Assembly (NCBI GenBank): GCA_036002305.1
Contig: DASYTL010000020.1
Location: forward strand, 35,852-99,851
Source of the DNA: Candidatus Limnocylindria bacterium
GTDB taxonomy: Bacteria; Chloroflexota; Limnocylindria; P2-11E
Direction of reading: 5' to 3'
DNA: 64,000 bases
In this document: positions 29,034 to 38,014 of the stretch, in pieces
How the letters are laid out: each line of letters starts with the position of its first letter
Position numbering within the stretch: the stretch's first letter is position 1
The notes under the pieces: model-generated
Database searches by the model: none
Told to the model about the DNA's origin: nothing
What the model saw: only the letters and a program-made list of their open reading frames with translations
Translations under genes and position numbers: made by a program

Positions 29034-29987
29034 CTAGCGGGCCTCGGCCGGAGTGACCGTGGTGCGGTGCAGCTCGCCGAACCGCACGTACGTCAGGTCG
29101 ACCGCCCGTCCGATGCGGTCCGCGATAAGCGCGCGCTGGAGGTCCGAGAGCGTGCCGGTGCTGACCCCGTCGAGGCCGACGATAAGGTCGCGCTCGCGGA
29201 TTCCCGCGCGCTCCGCGGGTCCGCCGGCCACGACCTCGAGCACGCGGATGCCCGAGGTGTTCGGCAGGCTCAGCGCGACCGCCAGCTGTCTGCCGATCGG
29301 CGTCGCGGCTCCGCCGATGCCCAGATACGCGCGCCGCACCCGGCCGTCGCGGATGAGCATGCCCGCGACCAACCGCGCGGTCGCCGCGGGGATCGCGAAG
29401 CAGATCCCCTGGGCCATGGGAATGATCGCGGTGTTGATGCCGACGACCTTCGCGTGGGTGTCGACGAGCGGGCCACCGGAATTGCCCGGGTTCAGCGCCG
29501 CGTCGGTCTGGATGACGTTCTCGATGACGCGGCCGTCGCGCGCCGCGAGCGATCGCCCGAGGGCGCTCACGACGCCGGTCGTCACCGTCGAATGGAACCC
29601 GAGCGGGTCGCCGATGGCTATCACGAGCTGGCCGACGCGCAGGCTTTCGGTCTCCGTGAGCTCCGCGGCCGCCAGGCCCGACCGCGGGATCCGGATCACC
29701 GCCAGGTCCGTCGCGGCATCCGCGCCAACGACGGATGCCCGCGCCTCGGTTCCATCCATCAAGGTCACGGCAACTTCACGCGCGCCCTCGACCACGTGCG
29801 CGTTGGTCAGCGCGTAGCCGTCCGGGGCCACGATGACGCCGCTGCCGCCGCTGCGGCCGCGCCGCACGTTGACGACGCTCGGCGAGACTCGCTCGACGAC
29901 CCGGATGACCGCCTGGGAGTACGCGTCGAGCAGCGCGCTCGCCGGGTCGGCCTCGCCCGTCAGCGCCTCGCGGACTTCGCTGGCCAT
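29034..29987 (-). CDS. S1C (HtrA/DegP-like) trypsin-like serine protease with PDZ domain
   Basis: 317 aa. TNAHVV (His), TDLAVIRI (Asp), GNSGGPLVD (Ser). C-terminal PDZ-like region (IRVLEVVAGGPAERAGIRERDLIVGLDG). No obvious signal peptide or TM. Its ATG overlaps the upstream stop (ATGA). Confidence 0.9.
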   Translation of the reverse strand: MASEVREALTGEADPASALLDAYSQAVIRVVERVSPSVVNVRRGRSGGSGVIVAPDGYALTNAHVVEGAREVAVTLMDGTEARASVVGADAATDLAVIRIPRSGLAAAELTETESLRVGQLVIAIGDPLGFHSTVTTGVVSALGRSLAARDGRVIENVIQTDAALNPGNSGGPLVDTHAKVVGINTAIIPMAQGICFAIPAATARLVAGMLIRDGRVRRAYLGIGGAATPIGRQLAVALSLPNTSGIRVLEVVAGGPAERAGIRERDLIVGLDGVSTGTLSDLQRALIADRIGRAVDLTYVRFGELHRTTVTPAEAR

Positions 29988-30514
29988 CAGTTGAGCGGTC
30001 CCTGCGAGCGCACGTCACCCACCTTCGAGAGGGCCTCCTTCAGCTCCCCGATCCAGCCCGACTCATTCTTCTCGACGAGCCGCACGCACCAGGCCAGCGC
30101 GTGCGAGCGGCTGCGTGCGACGCCCGAGCGGACGAGCGTGTCGAGGAGCTCGCGCTCGGGGAGGCGGAGCCGCGTCATGACCGGCACCGCCAGGTGGGTG
30201 AAGAGCGCGCTCTGGTCTCCGACCCTCGCGCCCCACGCCAGATTCCGCTTGAATCGCTCCCGCGCCTCTTGCGCGATCTGCACCCGCTGCTCGCGCGTGT
30301 CCTCCCGGTGCCGCTGGATCGCTCCCTGGCGCGCCGCCGTCACCGCCTCGGCGCCGCCTGAGGCCTGCACGTCGGGAAGGGTGCCAACCACCCAGATCTC
30401 GTCCTCGTCCATGCGGACGTCGGGGGCACCCGTGTACCAGTCCTTCGGCACCCGCCCCGCGAGCCAGCCCTTGACCTCGTCGATCGTCGCCACTTCAGCC
30501 CTCCCGGTTTTCAC
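29987..30514 (-). CDS. hypothetical protein with C-terminal ribbon-helix-helix (CopG/Arc-like) motif
   Basis: 175 aa. RLRLPERELLDTLVRSGVARSRSHALAWCVRLV fits the RHH pattern. A GTG at 30493 with GGGAGG 6 nt upstream is a better start than 30514. Confidence 0.6.
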   Translation of the reverse strand: MKTGRAEVATIDEVKGWLAGRVPKDWYTGAPDVRMDEDEIWVVGTLPDVQASGGAEAVTAARQGAIQRHREDTREQRVQIAQEARERFKRNLAWGARVGDQSALFTHLAVPVMTRLRLPERELLDTLVRSGVARSRSHALAWCVRLVEKNESGWIGELKEALSKVGDVRSQGPLN

Positions 30515-30524
30515 TCTACGGAGG

Positions 30525-30553
30525 ACTGTAATCCGGTAATTTCAGCAAATCAA
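30525..30553 (-). promoter_or_regulatory. candidate sigma70-type promoter (TTGATT - 17 nt - TACAGT) for the RHH-HtrA operon
   Basis: Read on the minus strand in the only AT-rich patch (30515-30564) between the ABC permease stop and the RHH gene start. Confidence 0.35.
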
Positions 30554-30564
30554 CGTAAATTCGA

Positions 30565-31488
30565 CTACTTGGCCCCCCGGAGGCGCGGGTCGAGAGCGTC
30601 TCTCAGCCCGTCGCCGATGAGGTAGAGGCAGAGGACCGTGAGCGCGATGCAGAAGCCCGGCGGGTACACGAGCCACGGCCCGCGGGTGAAGAACTGCGTC
30701 GCTCCGTTGAGCATGTTCCCCCACGACGGTACCGGAGGCTGGATGCCGAAACCAAGGTAGGACAGCCCGGACTCCGCGAGGATGACGCCGGCCACGTCGA
30801 TCATCGCGATGACGATGAGAAGCGGAAGCACGTTCGGGAAGATGTGCCGCACGATGATGCGCATCGGCGATGCGCCGATGACGCGCGCGGCGGTGACGAA
30901 ATCGCGCTCCCGCAGCGCGAACGTCTGGCCCCGCGCCTGGTTCGTGATGAACGTCCAGCCGAGCGCGCCGATGAACACAGCCAGGCTGATGTAGTCGAGC
31001 CGGAAGAGGAACCCGACGATGAGGAGGAGGTACAGCGTCGGAATGCCATTGAGCGTACTCACGATCCAGACGACGACGTCGTCCCACCATCCTCGGAAGT
31101 ACCCCGCGGTGATCCCGAGTCCCACACCGATGATCAACGAGACGATGGCGCCGAACATCCCGATGAAGAGCGAGACCCGCGCACCATAGAGGAGCCGCAC
31201 GATCTGGCTTCGGCCCAGCTGATCGCTGCCGAGCCACATCGCCGGCTCATCCGCATTCGGCTTTCCGTAACTGTTCAGGATGTCCTGCTTCGAGAAGCTC
31301 CAGTGGAAGAAGTTGTCGGCGAGGAAGTCCGCCCCGATCGCGAGGATTGCCAGGATGAAGAGCACGGCGAAGGCAGCCATCGTCGTCGGGTCGCGGCGCA
31401 GGCGCCATAGCGCATCCGACCAGAAGCTGGCGCTCACCCGCCGCAGCTGGGACGGGGGAACGAGCACGTGGGCGGCCGCGGTGCTCAC
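30565..31488 (-). CDS. peptide/nickel ABC transporter permease (DppC/OppC-like)
   Basis: Track ORF 30565..31899, trimmed to the GTG at 31488 that overlaps the upstream stop (GTGA). EAA-loop region FVTAARVIGASPMRIIVRHIFPN. 6 TM. Confidence 0.9.
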   Translation of the reverse strand: MSTAAAHVLVPPSQLRRVSASFWSDALWRLRRDPTTMAAFAVLFILAILAIGADFLADNFFHWSFSKQDILNSYGKPNADEPAMWLGSDQLGRSQIVRLLYGARVSLFIGMFGAIVSLIIGVGLGITAGYFRGWWDDVVVWIVSTLNGIPTLYLLLIVGFLFRLDYISLAVFIGALGWTFITNQARGQTFALRERDFVTAARVIGASPMRIIVRHIFPNVLPLLIVIAMIDVAGVILAESGLSYLGFGIQPPVPSWGNMLNGATQFFTRGPWLVYPPGFCIALTVLCLYLIGDGLRDALDPRLRGAK

Positions 31489-32444
31489 GCTTTGACCTTG
31501 ATGCGCGGGTCGACGATCACGTAGACGAGGTCGCGGATGATGTACGAGAGAAGGAGCAGCGCACTCCCGACCACAACGTTCGCCTGCACGATCGGGAAGT
31601 CCTTGTTCACGAGCGCTTCGAAGAAGAGCCGGCCCAGCCCGGGCCAGTTGAAGATTTGCTCGGTGATGACGGCGCCGCCGATGAGGATCGTCAGGATGCC
31701 TCCGAGCGAGGTCACGAGCGGGATGATCGCGTTCCTGAGAACGTGGCCGGTCACCACGACGCCCCGGCGCAGGCCCTTGCTGTGCGCGGTCCGGACATAG
31801 TCCTGCGAGAGCTCCTCGAGCATCTGCGTCCGCAGGAAGCGCGGGTAGTTCGAGATCGCGCCGAGCGAGAGCGTGAGCACGGGGCCGACCATGTGCCACA
31901 GGCGGTCGAGGATGTCGCTCTCCTTCCCGATCGCGTTCATGCTCCCGACCGGGAACCAGCGGAGCTGCACCCCGAGGATGAGCACGAACAGCAGGCCGAA
32001 CCAGAAGGTCGGGATCGCGTGGCCGACGACGGACGTGAGCCTGATGACGTGATCCGGCAAGCGCCCGCGCGTGAGCGCGGCGAGGATCCCGAGGGGCACA
32101 CCGATTGCCAGGCCAACCAGGAGCGCGGCGATGGAGAGCTGCAGGCTGTTCGGGAGCCGCTCCGCGATCACCGACATGACCGGCCGGTGGTAGATGAACG
32201 AGTTGCCGAAGTCGAGGACAGCGACTTTGCCGAGGTACGTGATGAATTGGATGGGCAGGGGCTCGTCGAGCCCCAGGTTGTGACGAAGCTCTTGCCGTTG
32301 CTCCTCGGTGACGTTGAAGCGGTCGCCGAACATGAGCGCCACGGGATCCGAGGGAGAGAGCCGTGTCAGCAGGAACGTGATGAGGAGGATGCCGAAGAGT
32401 GTCGGCACGGCCTGAACGAGCCTCCGAACGACGAACCGGCCCAT
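31485..32444 (-). CDS. peptide/nickel ABC transporter permease (DppB/OppB-like)
   Basis: 319 aa. MGRFVVRRLVQAVPTLFGILLITFLL; DYVRTAHSKGLRRGVVVTGHVLRNA. Confidence 0.9.
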   Translation of the reverse strand: MGRFVVRRLVQAVPTLFGILLITFLLTRLSPSDPVALMFGDRFNVTEEQRQELRHNLGLDEPLPIQFITYLGKVAVLDFGNSFIYHRPVMSVIAERLPNSLQLSIAALLVGLAIGVPLGILAALTRGRLPDHVIRLTSVVGHAIPTFWFGLLFVLILGVQLRWFPVGSMNAIGKESDILDRLWHMVGPVLTLSLGAISNYPRFLRTQMLEELSQDYVRTAHSKGLRRGVVVTGHVLRNAIIPLVTSLGGILTILIGGAVITEQIFNWPGLGRLFFEALVNKDFPIVQANVVVGSALLLLSYIIRDLVYVIVDPRIKVKA

Positions 32445-32500
32445 GACCCTCCGGCGACGCGGACGCGGGCGGCTCGCGCCGCCCGCGTCTCGCTAGGCGC

Positions 32501-34201
32501 CTATTTCTTGAACCACCACTGCTCGATGTTGTAGATCGTGCTCACCGAGGTGGGCGCGAAGTTCTGGATGTTCTTCTGGCCGAAGATGAGGTTGTTCCCC
32601 GAGTAGAGCCAGATCACCGGGACGTCTTCGTTCAGCGCCTTGTCGACGTCGTGCGCCAGCTTGTTGCGTGTCCCCTCGTTGCAGTCGGGCCCGCTGTGGA
32701 TTTGATCGAGCATCTGGTCGACCTGAGCGTTGCGGTAGCGCCAGCGGTTGAACTCATTCGGTGCGATGTGCCGCGAGTGCCAGAGGCTCTCCTGATCGGG
32801 GTCCGGGCCCAAGCCGGTGAATCCGCTGATCCACCCGTCGACGTCCTTCCCGCAGCAGCGGATCCTTTCGAGAAGGGTGTTGAACGACATGAGCTGCGCG
32901 TCGATGGATATGCCGATCTGCTTGTACTGCTCCTGCGCCAGCTGGAGGATCGTCTCGCGGACCGTATTGGGCTGATTCGTCTCGATGCGCATCTTCATTG
33001 GCGTGCCGTCCGTCCAGCGGTAGATGCCGTCAGAGCCCATCTTGGCCCCGGCCTGCTCGAGGAGCTGCTTCGCCTTCTGCACGTCGAACGGGTATTTGTT
33101 GAGATCGTCGTCCTTGTACGCAGCGTTGGCAGGCGGCTGTGCCGCGTAGACGAGCTTCCCGTGACCGAAGACGATCTTGTCGATGATCGCCTGTCGGTTG
33201 AGCCCGTACGTCAGGGCCTGGCGCACGAGCTTGTTCCCGAGCCAGGGTGCTTTGGTCGACTCCGCGTTCCAGGCGAGGTAGTTCCATCCGAAGTCGGCGA
33301 ACTCGAAGCCCTTCAGGTTTTCGACCTTGCTGAGCTCGTCCCAGTCCTTGGGCTCGACGCCCGCCCAGGACACCTCCCCGATCTGCAGCGCCGCCTTGAT
33401 CGCCGCCGCGTCCGAGTACACCTTGATGATGAACTCGTCGATGAGCGGCGCGCCGAGGTAGTAGTTCGGATTCTTGGTATAGGTGGCGCGGTCGCCGGGC
33501 TTGAAGTCCTTGAAGACCCACGGGCCCATCGACGCCGGGGGCGCCATGTTCAGCGGGTTGTCGTCGATGGTCTTGCTCGTGTCGGTCGTACGCGGATCGA
33601 AGTACTGCTTGAAGTGCGTGCTCGGCAGCATGTATCCAGCGCCGGCCCCGGCGAGGTCCTCGACCGCCGTGCACAGGGTCTTGCTGAAGGTGATGACGAT
33701 GGTCTTGCCGCCGTCCTTCACCTGTATGCCCTTGATCTCGTCGGTCTTGCCGTCCTTGTAGTCCTGCGCGCCGAGGACGTTCTGGAACACGTTCTGGCGA
33801 GTCGTGCGCTTGCTGCGCATGGTCGCTTCGGCGGTGTACTTGTAGTCCTCGCCGGTGAACGGCGTTCCGTCGCTCCACTTGAGCCCGTCGCGGAGCGTGT
33901 AGGTCAGGGTGAGCCCGTCCTTGCTTAGCTCGAACTTCTCCGCGAGGCGACCGGTCAGCTCGCCCGTCTTCTGATCGCGACGAAGGAGGTCCTGGTAGAC
34001 GGCCTCGATGTAGCGGTAAGAGGTCGTATCGGTAACCAGGATGGGGTTGAACGACTTCGGGTCGCCCGTGACGCCCCTGACCAGAGTCCCGCCGGGCACC
34101 GGCTTCTCGCCTGGCGACGCCTGGGGCGTCGTCGATGGTGTTTGAGTGCAGGCCGTCACGATCAGAAGCGCCGCCATGAGGTTGGTGATTAGTCGACGCA
34201 T
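32501..34201 (-). CDS. ABC transporter substrate-binding lipoprotein, family 5 (peptide/nickel)
   Basis: 566 aa. Lipobox LIVTAC. Typical SBP_bac_5 length and strings (TYTLRDGLKWSDGTPFTGEDYKYT). Confidence 0.9.
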   Translation of the reverse strand: MRRLITNLMAALLIVTACTQTPSTTPQASPGEKPVPGGTLVRGVTGDPKSFNPILVTDTTSYRYIEAVYQDLLRRDQKTGELTGRLAEKFELSKDGLTLTYTLRDGLKWSDGTPFTGEDYKYTAEATMRSKRTTRQNVFQNVLGAQDYKDGKTDEIKGIQVKDGGKTIVITFSKTLCTAVEDLAGAGAGYMLPSTHFKQYFDPRTTDTSKTIDDNPLNMAPPASMGPWVFKDFKPGDRATYTKNPNYYLGAPLIDEFIIKVYSDAAAIKAALQIGEVSWAGVEPKDWDELSKVENLKGFEFADFGWNYLAWNAESTKAPWLGNKLVRQALTYGLNRQAIIDKIVFGHGKLVYAAQPPANAAYKDDDLNKYPFDVQKAKQLLEQAGAKMGSDGIYRWTDGTPMKMRIETNQPNTVRETILQLAQEQYKQIGISIDAQLMSFNTLLERIRCCGKDVDGWISGFTGLGPDPDQESLWHSRHIAPNEFNRWRYRNAQVDQMLDQIHSGPDCNEGTRNKLAHDVDKALNEDVPVIWLYSGNNLIFGQKNIQNFAPTSVSTIYNIEQWWFKK

Positions 34202-34345
34202 TTCGAGACCCTCCCGCCGATCTGGCCGCTCTGCCCGGCCTCATGAGCAGTACGCGGGACGCGAGCGAGCGGTTCGACGCGCGGGAGCCTAGCAGAGCGC
34301 CGCGGCCAGGCGGCCAAGCGGGCGAGTCCGGTAGCGTCACGGCTC

Positions 34346-35509
34346 GTGCGTCGCAACGGAGTCGCGCTCGTCACCGCGGAAGCGGTGGGCTTCGGGTTCA
34401 CCTACAGCGATCAGGCAGCGCTCATTCCCTTGCTCGCCGCCGAGCTCGGCATCAACGACGTGCAGGCGGGGCTTCTCTCGACCGCGCTTTTCCTCGCCTA
34501 CATGTGCGCGACGCTGCTGACCAGCGGGCTGCCTGATCGTTTTGGACCCAAGCCGGTGATCGCGGCCGGTCTCGGCGGCGCCGCGATCGGCGCGGCCCTG
34601 CTCGCCAGCGCGACGAGCTTTGAGCTGCTCCTCGTCGCGAAGGCGGTCCAGGGCGTCGGCTCGGCACTGGCGTTCATCGCCTCCGCCCGGTTCGTGGCCG
34701 GTCTGTACGGTGACGAGCCTGCCCACTTCAGTCTGGGGCTCTACGGTGGCGGATTCCCGCTTGGCTCGGCCCTCGCCCTGCTCGTCTCGGGCACCGTGGC
34801 GACCGCGCTCGGGGGATGGCGCTGGTCCTTCGCGTTGGAGGCGTGCGCGCTGGCGGCGATGCTCGTCGCGTGGCTGGCGCTCGCGCCCGCGGTGTCCGGT
34901 GTGCGTCGCGAGGGAAGCATGCTCGACGCGCTAGGCTGCGCGAACTGCTGGCTCGTGAGCCTGCAGCACGCCGCGGGATTCGGGATGGCGATCGCCGCGG
35001 GCTCCTGGATCACGGTGTACCTGCTCCGTGAGTTCGCCTTGCCGCTCACGCTTTCCGGTGTGCTCGGATCGCTGCTGCTGCTGCTCGCCTTCCTCACGCG
35101 ACCTCTCGGCGGGCTCTTCGTCACGCGAGGCCTCCTGCGGACGAAGGCCGTCATGCGCGCCGGCGATCTCGCGGTCATCGGCGGGATCGCGCTCCTCGCG
35201 CTCCCGGGCCGCCCTCTCCCGATCGCGCTCGCCGGCGCGGTCGTGCTCGGCTTCGGCGTCGGCCTTCCCTACTCGGCGGTCTTCAACACCGCCGCGGCAT
35301 CGCTTCCGACCGCCCCCGGCGCGGCCCAGGGGCTCGCCGCGATCGGCGGCACCGCGGGCGTGATGGTCGGAGCGCCCGCGATGGGGTACGCGGTTCAGAC
35401 ATGGGGCTTCGGCGCGGCGTGGGGCTTCGTCGGTCTCGTGGGCGCCCTCGCGTTTCTGGGCACGCTCCTGATGCGTGGCGAGGAGGAGCTCGGTTCGGGC
35501 TACGCGTAG
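34346..35509 (+). CDS. MFS transporter
   Basis: 387 aa, about 12 TM. Loop 2-3 motif GLPDRFGPKPV. Divergent from the SBP gene. Confidence 0.85.
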   Translation: MRRNGVALVTAEAVGFGFTYSDQAALIPLLAAELGINDVQAGLLSTALFLAYMCATLLTSGLPDRFGPKPVIAAGLGGAAIGAALLASATSFELLLVAKAVQGVGSALAFIASARFVAGLYGDEPAHFSLGLYGGGFPLGSALALLVSGTVATALGGWRWSFALEACALAAMLVAWLALAPAVSGVRREGSMLDALGCANCWLVSLQHAAGFGMAIAAGSWITVYLLREFALPLTLSGVLGSLLLLLAFLTRPLGGLFVTRGLLRTKAVMRAGDLAVIGGIALLALPGRPLPIALAGAVVLGFGVGLPYSAVFNTAAASLPTAPGAAQGLAAIGGTAGVMVGAPAMGYAVQTWGFGAAWGFVGLVGALAFLGTLLMRGEEELGSGYA

Positions 35510-35915
35510 CTCTGGATCGTCAGCCGGCCGTACACCTTGCCCCGCATGGGCATCGGACGTTTCTCCACGAGCAACCGATAGACCTGGTGATCATTCACGA
35601 TCAATCCGTTCTGTCGCCGAAGCGACCTTGGCGCGCCGTCCACTTTCCCTATGAGGGCCTCCAGCACCCGGGTCGCGAGGTTGCCGACATCGAGGGTCCG
35701 CGGCTGGGAACGAGAGAGATACAAAGGGAACTCGACGGCGCCCGTTTCGGTCGCGCGAAAGCTCGGGATCTTGCGCCTCGCCTTCGTGTTCGAGACCGCG
35801 GTCTCGAGTCTCTTGCGCCAGGCGAGCGAACCGTCGCGGTCCGAGCCGCGGGAGGCGTCCTTGGCACGGGATACACCGGCACGACGACGGAGACGAACCT
35901 CTTCCTTCGCGACAT
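35500..35915 (-). pseudogene. RusA-like Holliday-junction resolvase, apparent -1 frameshift near 35876-35880
   Basis: An ATG at 35915 lies 5 nt after the UdgX-like stop and gives MSRRKRFVSVVVP. A second frame, which has no canonical start, gives GVSRAKDASRGSDRDGSLAWRKRLETAV...FPLYLSRSQPRTLDVGNLATRVLEALIGKV...LIVNDHQVYRLLVEKRPMPMRGKVYGRLTIQSYA. By hand this aligns to E. coli RusA (AYRDNV...[20 protein letters not shown]...[25 protein letters not shown]). Track ORF 35500..35724 is its tail. Confidence 0.55.
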
Positions 35916-35920
35916 GGCGC

Positions 35921-36613
35921 TCACTCCAGTCCGCGGATGACCTTCGCGACCGCGCGCAGGTCCGCCACGAAGAGCTTCGTCTCTCGCTCGCGGGCCGCGT
36001 CGTCCGGCGCGCGGAGGATCGACGAGGGATGCACCGTCGCCATGAGGTGCGGCGCGAGCGGGGACGGAATGAGCTTGCCGCGCTCCTGGGTCACCTTGAA
36101 CTTCGGCGAGATGAGCGCCTGCGCGGCGGTCGCGCCGAGGCAGACGATAACTTGCGGCTTCAGGATGCCGATCTCCGCATCCAGCCAGAGCCGGCACGCC
36201 GCGATCTCGCTGCGGTTTGGCTTCTCGTGAAGGCGACGCTTCCCTGCCGCGCGCCACTTGAAGTGCTTCACCGCGTTCGTCAGGTAGACCGTCTCGCGGT
36301 CGATCCCCGCGGCTTCGAGCGCATCGTCCAGGATCCGGCCCGCCGGACCGACGAACGGACGTCCTTGGACGTCCTCTCTATCGCCGGGCTGCTCACCGAC
36401 GAACATGACCCTCGCCGCGCGCCGGCCCTCGCCGAAGACGGTCTGCGTCGCCTTCTTCCAGAGATCGCAAGCGCGGCAGTGGGCCGCGGCCTCGCGCCAC
36501 GCGGCCAGGCTCTTCGTCTCGGGGAGCTCGGGGTAGCGATGCCCCGGTTCGGGCTGCGCTTTCTCCACCGCGCACTTGACGGAGCAAGCCGCACGCCCGA
36601 TGGTCCGGCGCAT
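35921..36613 (-). CDS. UdgX-like family-4-type uracil-DNA glycosylase
   Basis: 3' two-thirds of track ORF 35921..36877. Fe-S Cys HCRACDLW; motif A VGEQPGDRED (36383-36397); NAVKHFKW...GKRRLH (KRRLH at 36227-36241); motif B HPSSILR. Start is ATG at 36613 or, better for length (215 aa) and to clear the divergent gene, GTG at 36568. Confidence 0.85.
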   Translation of the reverse strand: MRRTIGRAACSVKCAVEKAQPEPGHRYPELPETKSLAAWREAAAHCRACDLWKKATQTVFGEGRRAARVMFVGEQPGDREDVQGRPFVGPAGRILDDALEAAGIDRETVYLTNAVKHFKWRAAGKRRLHEKPNRSEIAACRLWLDAEIGILKPQVIVCLGATAAQALISPKFKVTQERGKLIPSPLAPHLMATVHPSSILRAPDDAARERETKLFVADLRAVAKVIRGLE

Positions 36614-37079
36614 GCGGGCCGCCTTGATCGCTATCGCGGTCGTCGCGCTCATCGGCATCGGGACGGTGGAAGGGCTCATCAGCGCGGGGCAGCTTTCGGA
36701 GCTGCCGGGCCGCGCGCGGCCCTCTTTGGGCGCCGGCGGGGTGGCATTGACGCTCCTAGGAGTCGCTCTCTCCGCGGCGGTGTACGGAGTCCTGGGCGCC
36801 GTCCTCGCGCGGAGCGAGGCCCGCCAGGCTGAGGCCATCACGTCGGGGGTGATCGCAGGCTGCTTCGCCGGGTTCATCGGCGGGGGGATCCGCGCGTTCC
36901 TGGTACGCGACTATCTCGGGAGCTTCTTCGCGGGCTCGCCAGCCCTGGTGACCTTGGTGACAGCGGCGCTGCTCGTCTTCGTCGTGCTCTCCGCGATGGT
37001 GAGCGTCGCCGCGGGTGGCGTGTTTACTTGGCTGGGCTTCCGTTTTGGTCGCCCGCGGTCGCAGCGACCTCCGCCCTGA
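36600..37079 (+). CDS. small integral membrane protein, unknown function
   Basis: Track ORF 36576..37079; ATG at 36600 or 36612. 4 predicted TM (AALIAIAVVALIGIG; GVALTLLGVALSAAVYGVLGAVL; VIAGCFAGFIGGGI; LVTLVTAALLVFVVLSAMVSVAAGGVF). High GC3. Confidence 0.65.
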   Translation: MVRRMRAALIAIAVVALIGIGTVEGLISAGQLSELPGRARPSLGAGGVALTLLGVALSAAVYGVLGAVLARSEARQAEAITSGVIAGCFAGFIGGGIRAFLVRDYLGSFFAGSPALVTLVTAALLVFVVLSAMVSVAAGGVFTWLGFRFGRPRSQRPPP

Positions 37080-38010
37080 TCCGCTCGACGACGCCCTCGC
37101 GGGAGAGCGCGACGAACGCCGAGACGATCTCGGGATCGAAACGCTCCCCCGCCCCGGACTCGATCGCTTCGAGACCCGCCTTCGCCGACCACGCCTCCTT
37201 GTACGGGCGCTTCGAGGTGAGCGCGTCGAACACATCCGCGACGGAAACGATCCGCGCGGCGAGCGAGATGTCCTCGCCCTTCTTCCCGTCGGGGTAGCCT
37301 CGGCCGTCCCAGCGCTCGTGGTGCTCCCGGGCGATGGCTCGCGCCGTCTCGAAGAACCGCGCCTCGCCGAGCATCCTCTCGCCGTCGATGCAGTGCTGCT
37401 TGATGACGCCGAATTGCTCGTCCGTCAGGTGGTGCTCGCTCTGGAGGATGTGGTCCGGCGTGTGGATCTTGCCGACGTCGTGCATGACGCTCGAGTACCC
37501 GAACTCCTCGACCAGGTCAGGTGTCAGGCCGACGCGATCCGCGATCGCTTCGACATACCCGCGCACGCGCCGGAGGTGCTCCCCGGTGGTGCGGTCCTTG
37601 ATCGTCGCGGCAAGCAGCAGGTGGCTGATGCCCTGCAGTCCGGTGCGCCGCAGCTCCTCGTTCGCGATCTGCTCCTGCTCGAGCGCTCGCTCGAGCTCCT
37701 GCCGGCGTTCGCGCTCGCTGTGGAGCATCGAGGCGAGGTCCTCCGCGTAGCGAGTCGCCTGCTTCTCCATGAGCGTCATCTGCTTGAGCTGGGATTCGAA
37801 TTCCTTGCGGACGCCCTGCTCGCGCTCGTAGACCTTGGCGAAGTCCAGGGCCATGCGCATCGCCTGGGCGTTGGCGAGGTCGGCGACGCGCACCGCCTGA
37901 TGCAGCAGCTGGCGGAAGACATCGGGGCCCTGCCCGTCCGTGGGGACGTCCGGCATGCGCGGCGAGACGTCCACAGTCTCGACGATCCCCTTGGTGTCTT
38001 CGGCGTCCAT
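37024..38010 (-). CDS. HD-GYP domain phosphodiesterase with N-terminal coiled coil (canonical metal ligands)
   Basis: 328 aa. TTGEHLRRV, VMHDVGKIHTPD, KQHCIDG, EHHERWDGRGYPDG, VADVFDALTSKRPYK. Confidence 0.9.
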   Translation of the reverse strand: MDAEDTKGIVETVDVSPRMPDVPTDGQGPDVFRQLLHQAVRVADLANAQAMRMALDFAKVYEREQGVRKEFESQLKQMTLMEKQATRYAEDLASMLHSERERRQELERALEQEQIANEELRRTGLQGISHLLLAATIKDRTTGEHLRRVRGYVEAIADRVGLTPDLVEEFGYSSVMHDVGKIHTPDHILQSEHHLTDEQFGVIKQHCIDGERMLGEARFFETARAIAREHHERWDGRGYPDGKKGEDISLAARIVSVADVFDALTSKRPYKEAWSAKAGLEAIESGAGERFDPEIVSAFVALSREGVVERIRAEVAATAGDQNGSPAK

Positions 38011-38014
38011 CGAC

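Noticed and set aside
35071-35086. (GCT)5 trinucleotide repeat
   Set aside because: It simply encodes a Leu run (SLLLLLAF) inside a TM helix of the MFS transporter.
36614-36877. N-terminal 88 codons of ORF 35921..36877
   Set aside because: They would make the UdgX-like protein about 100 aa too long, and they overlap a plus-strand membrane-protein gene with good TM segments and codon bias.
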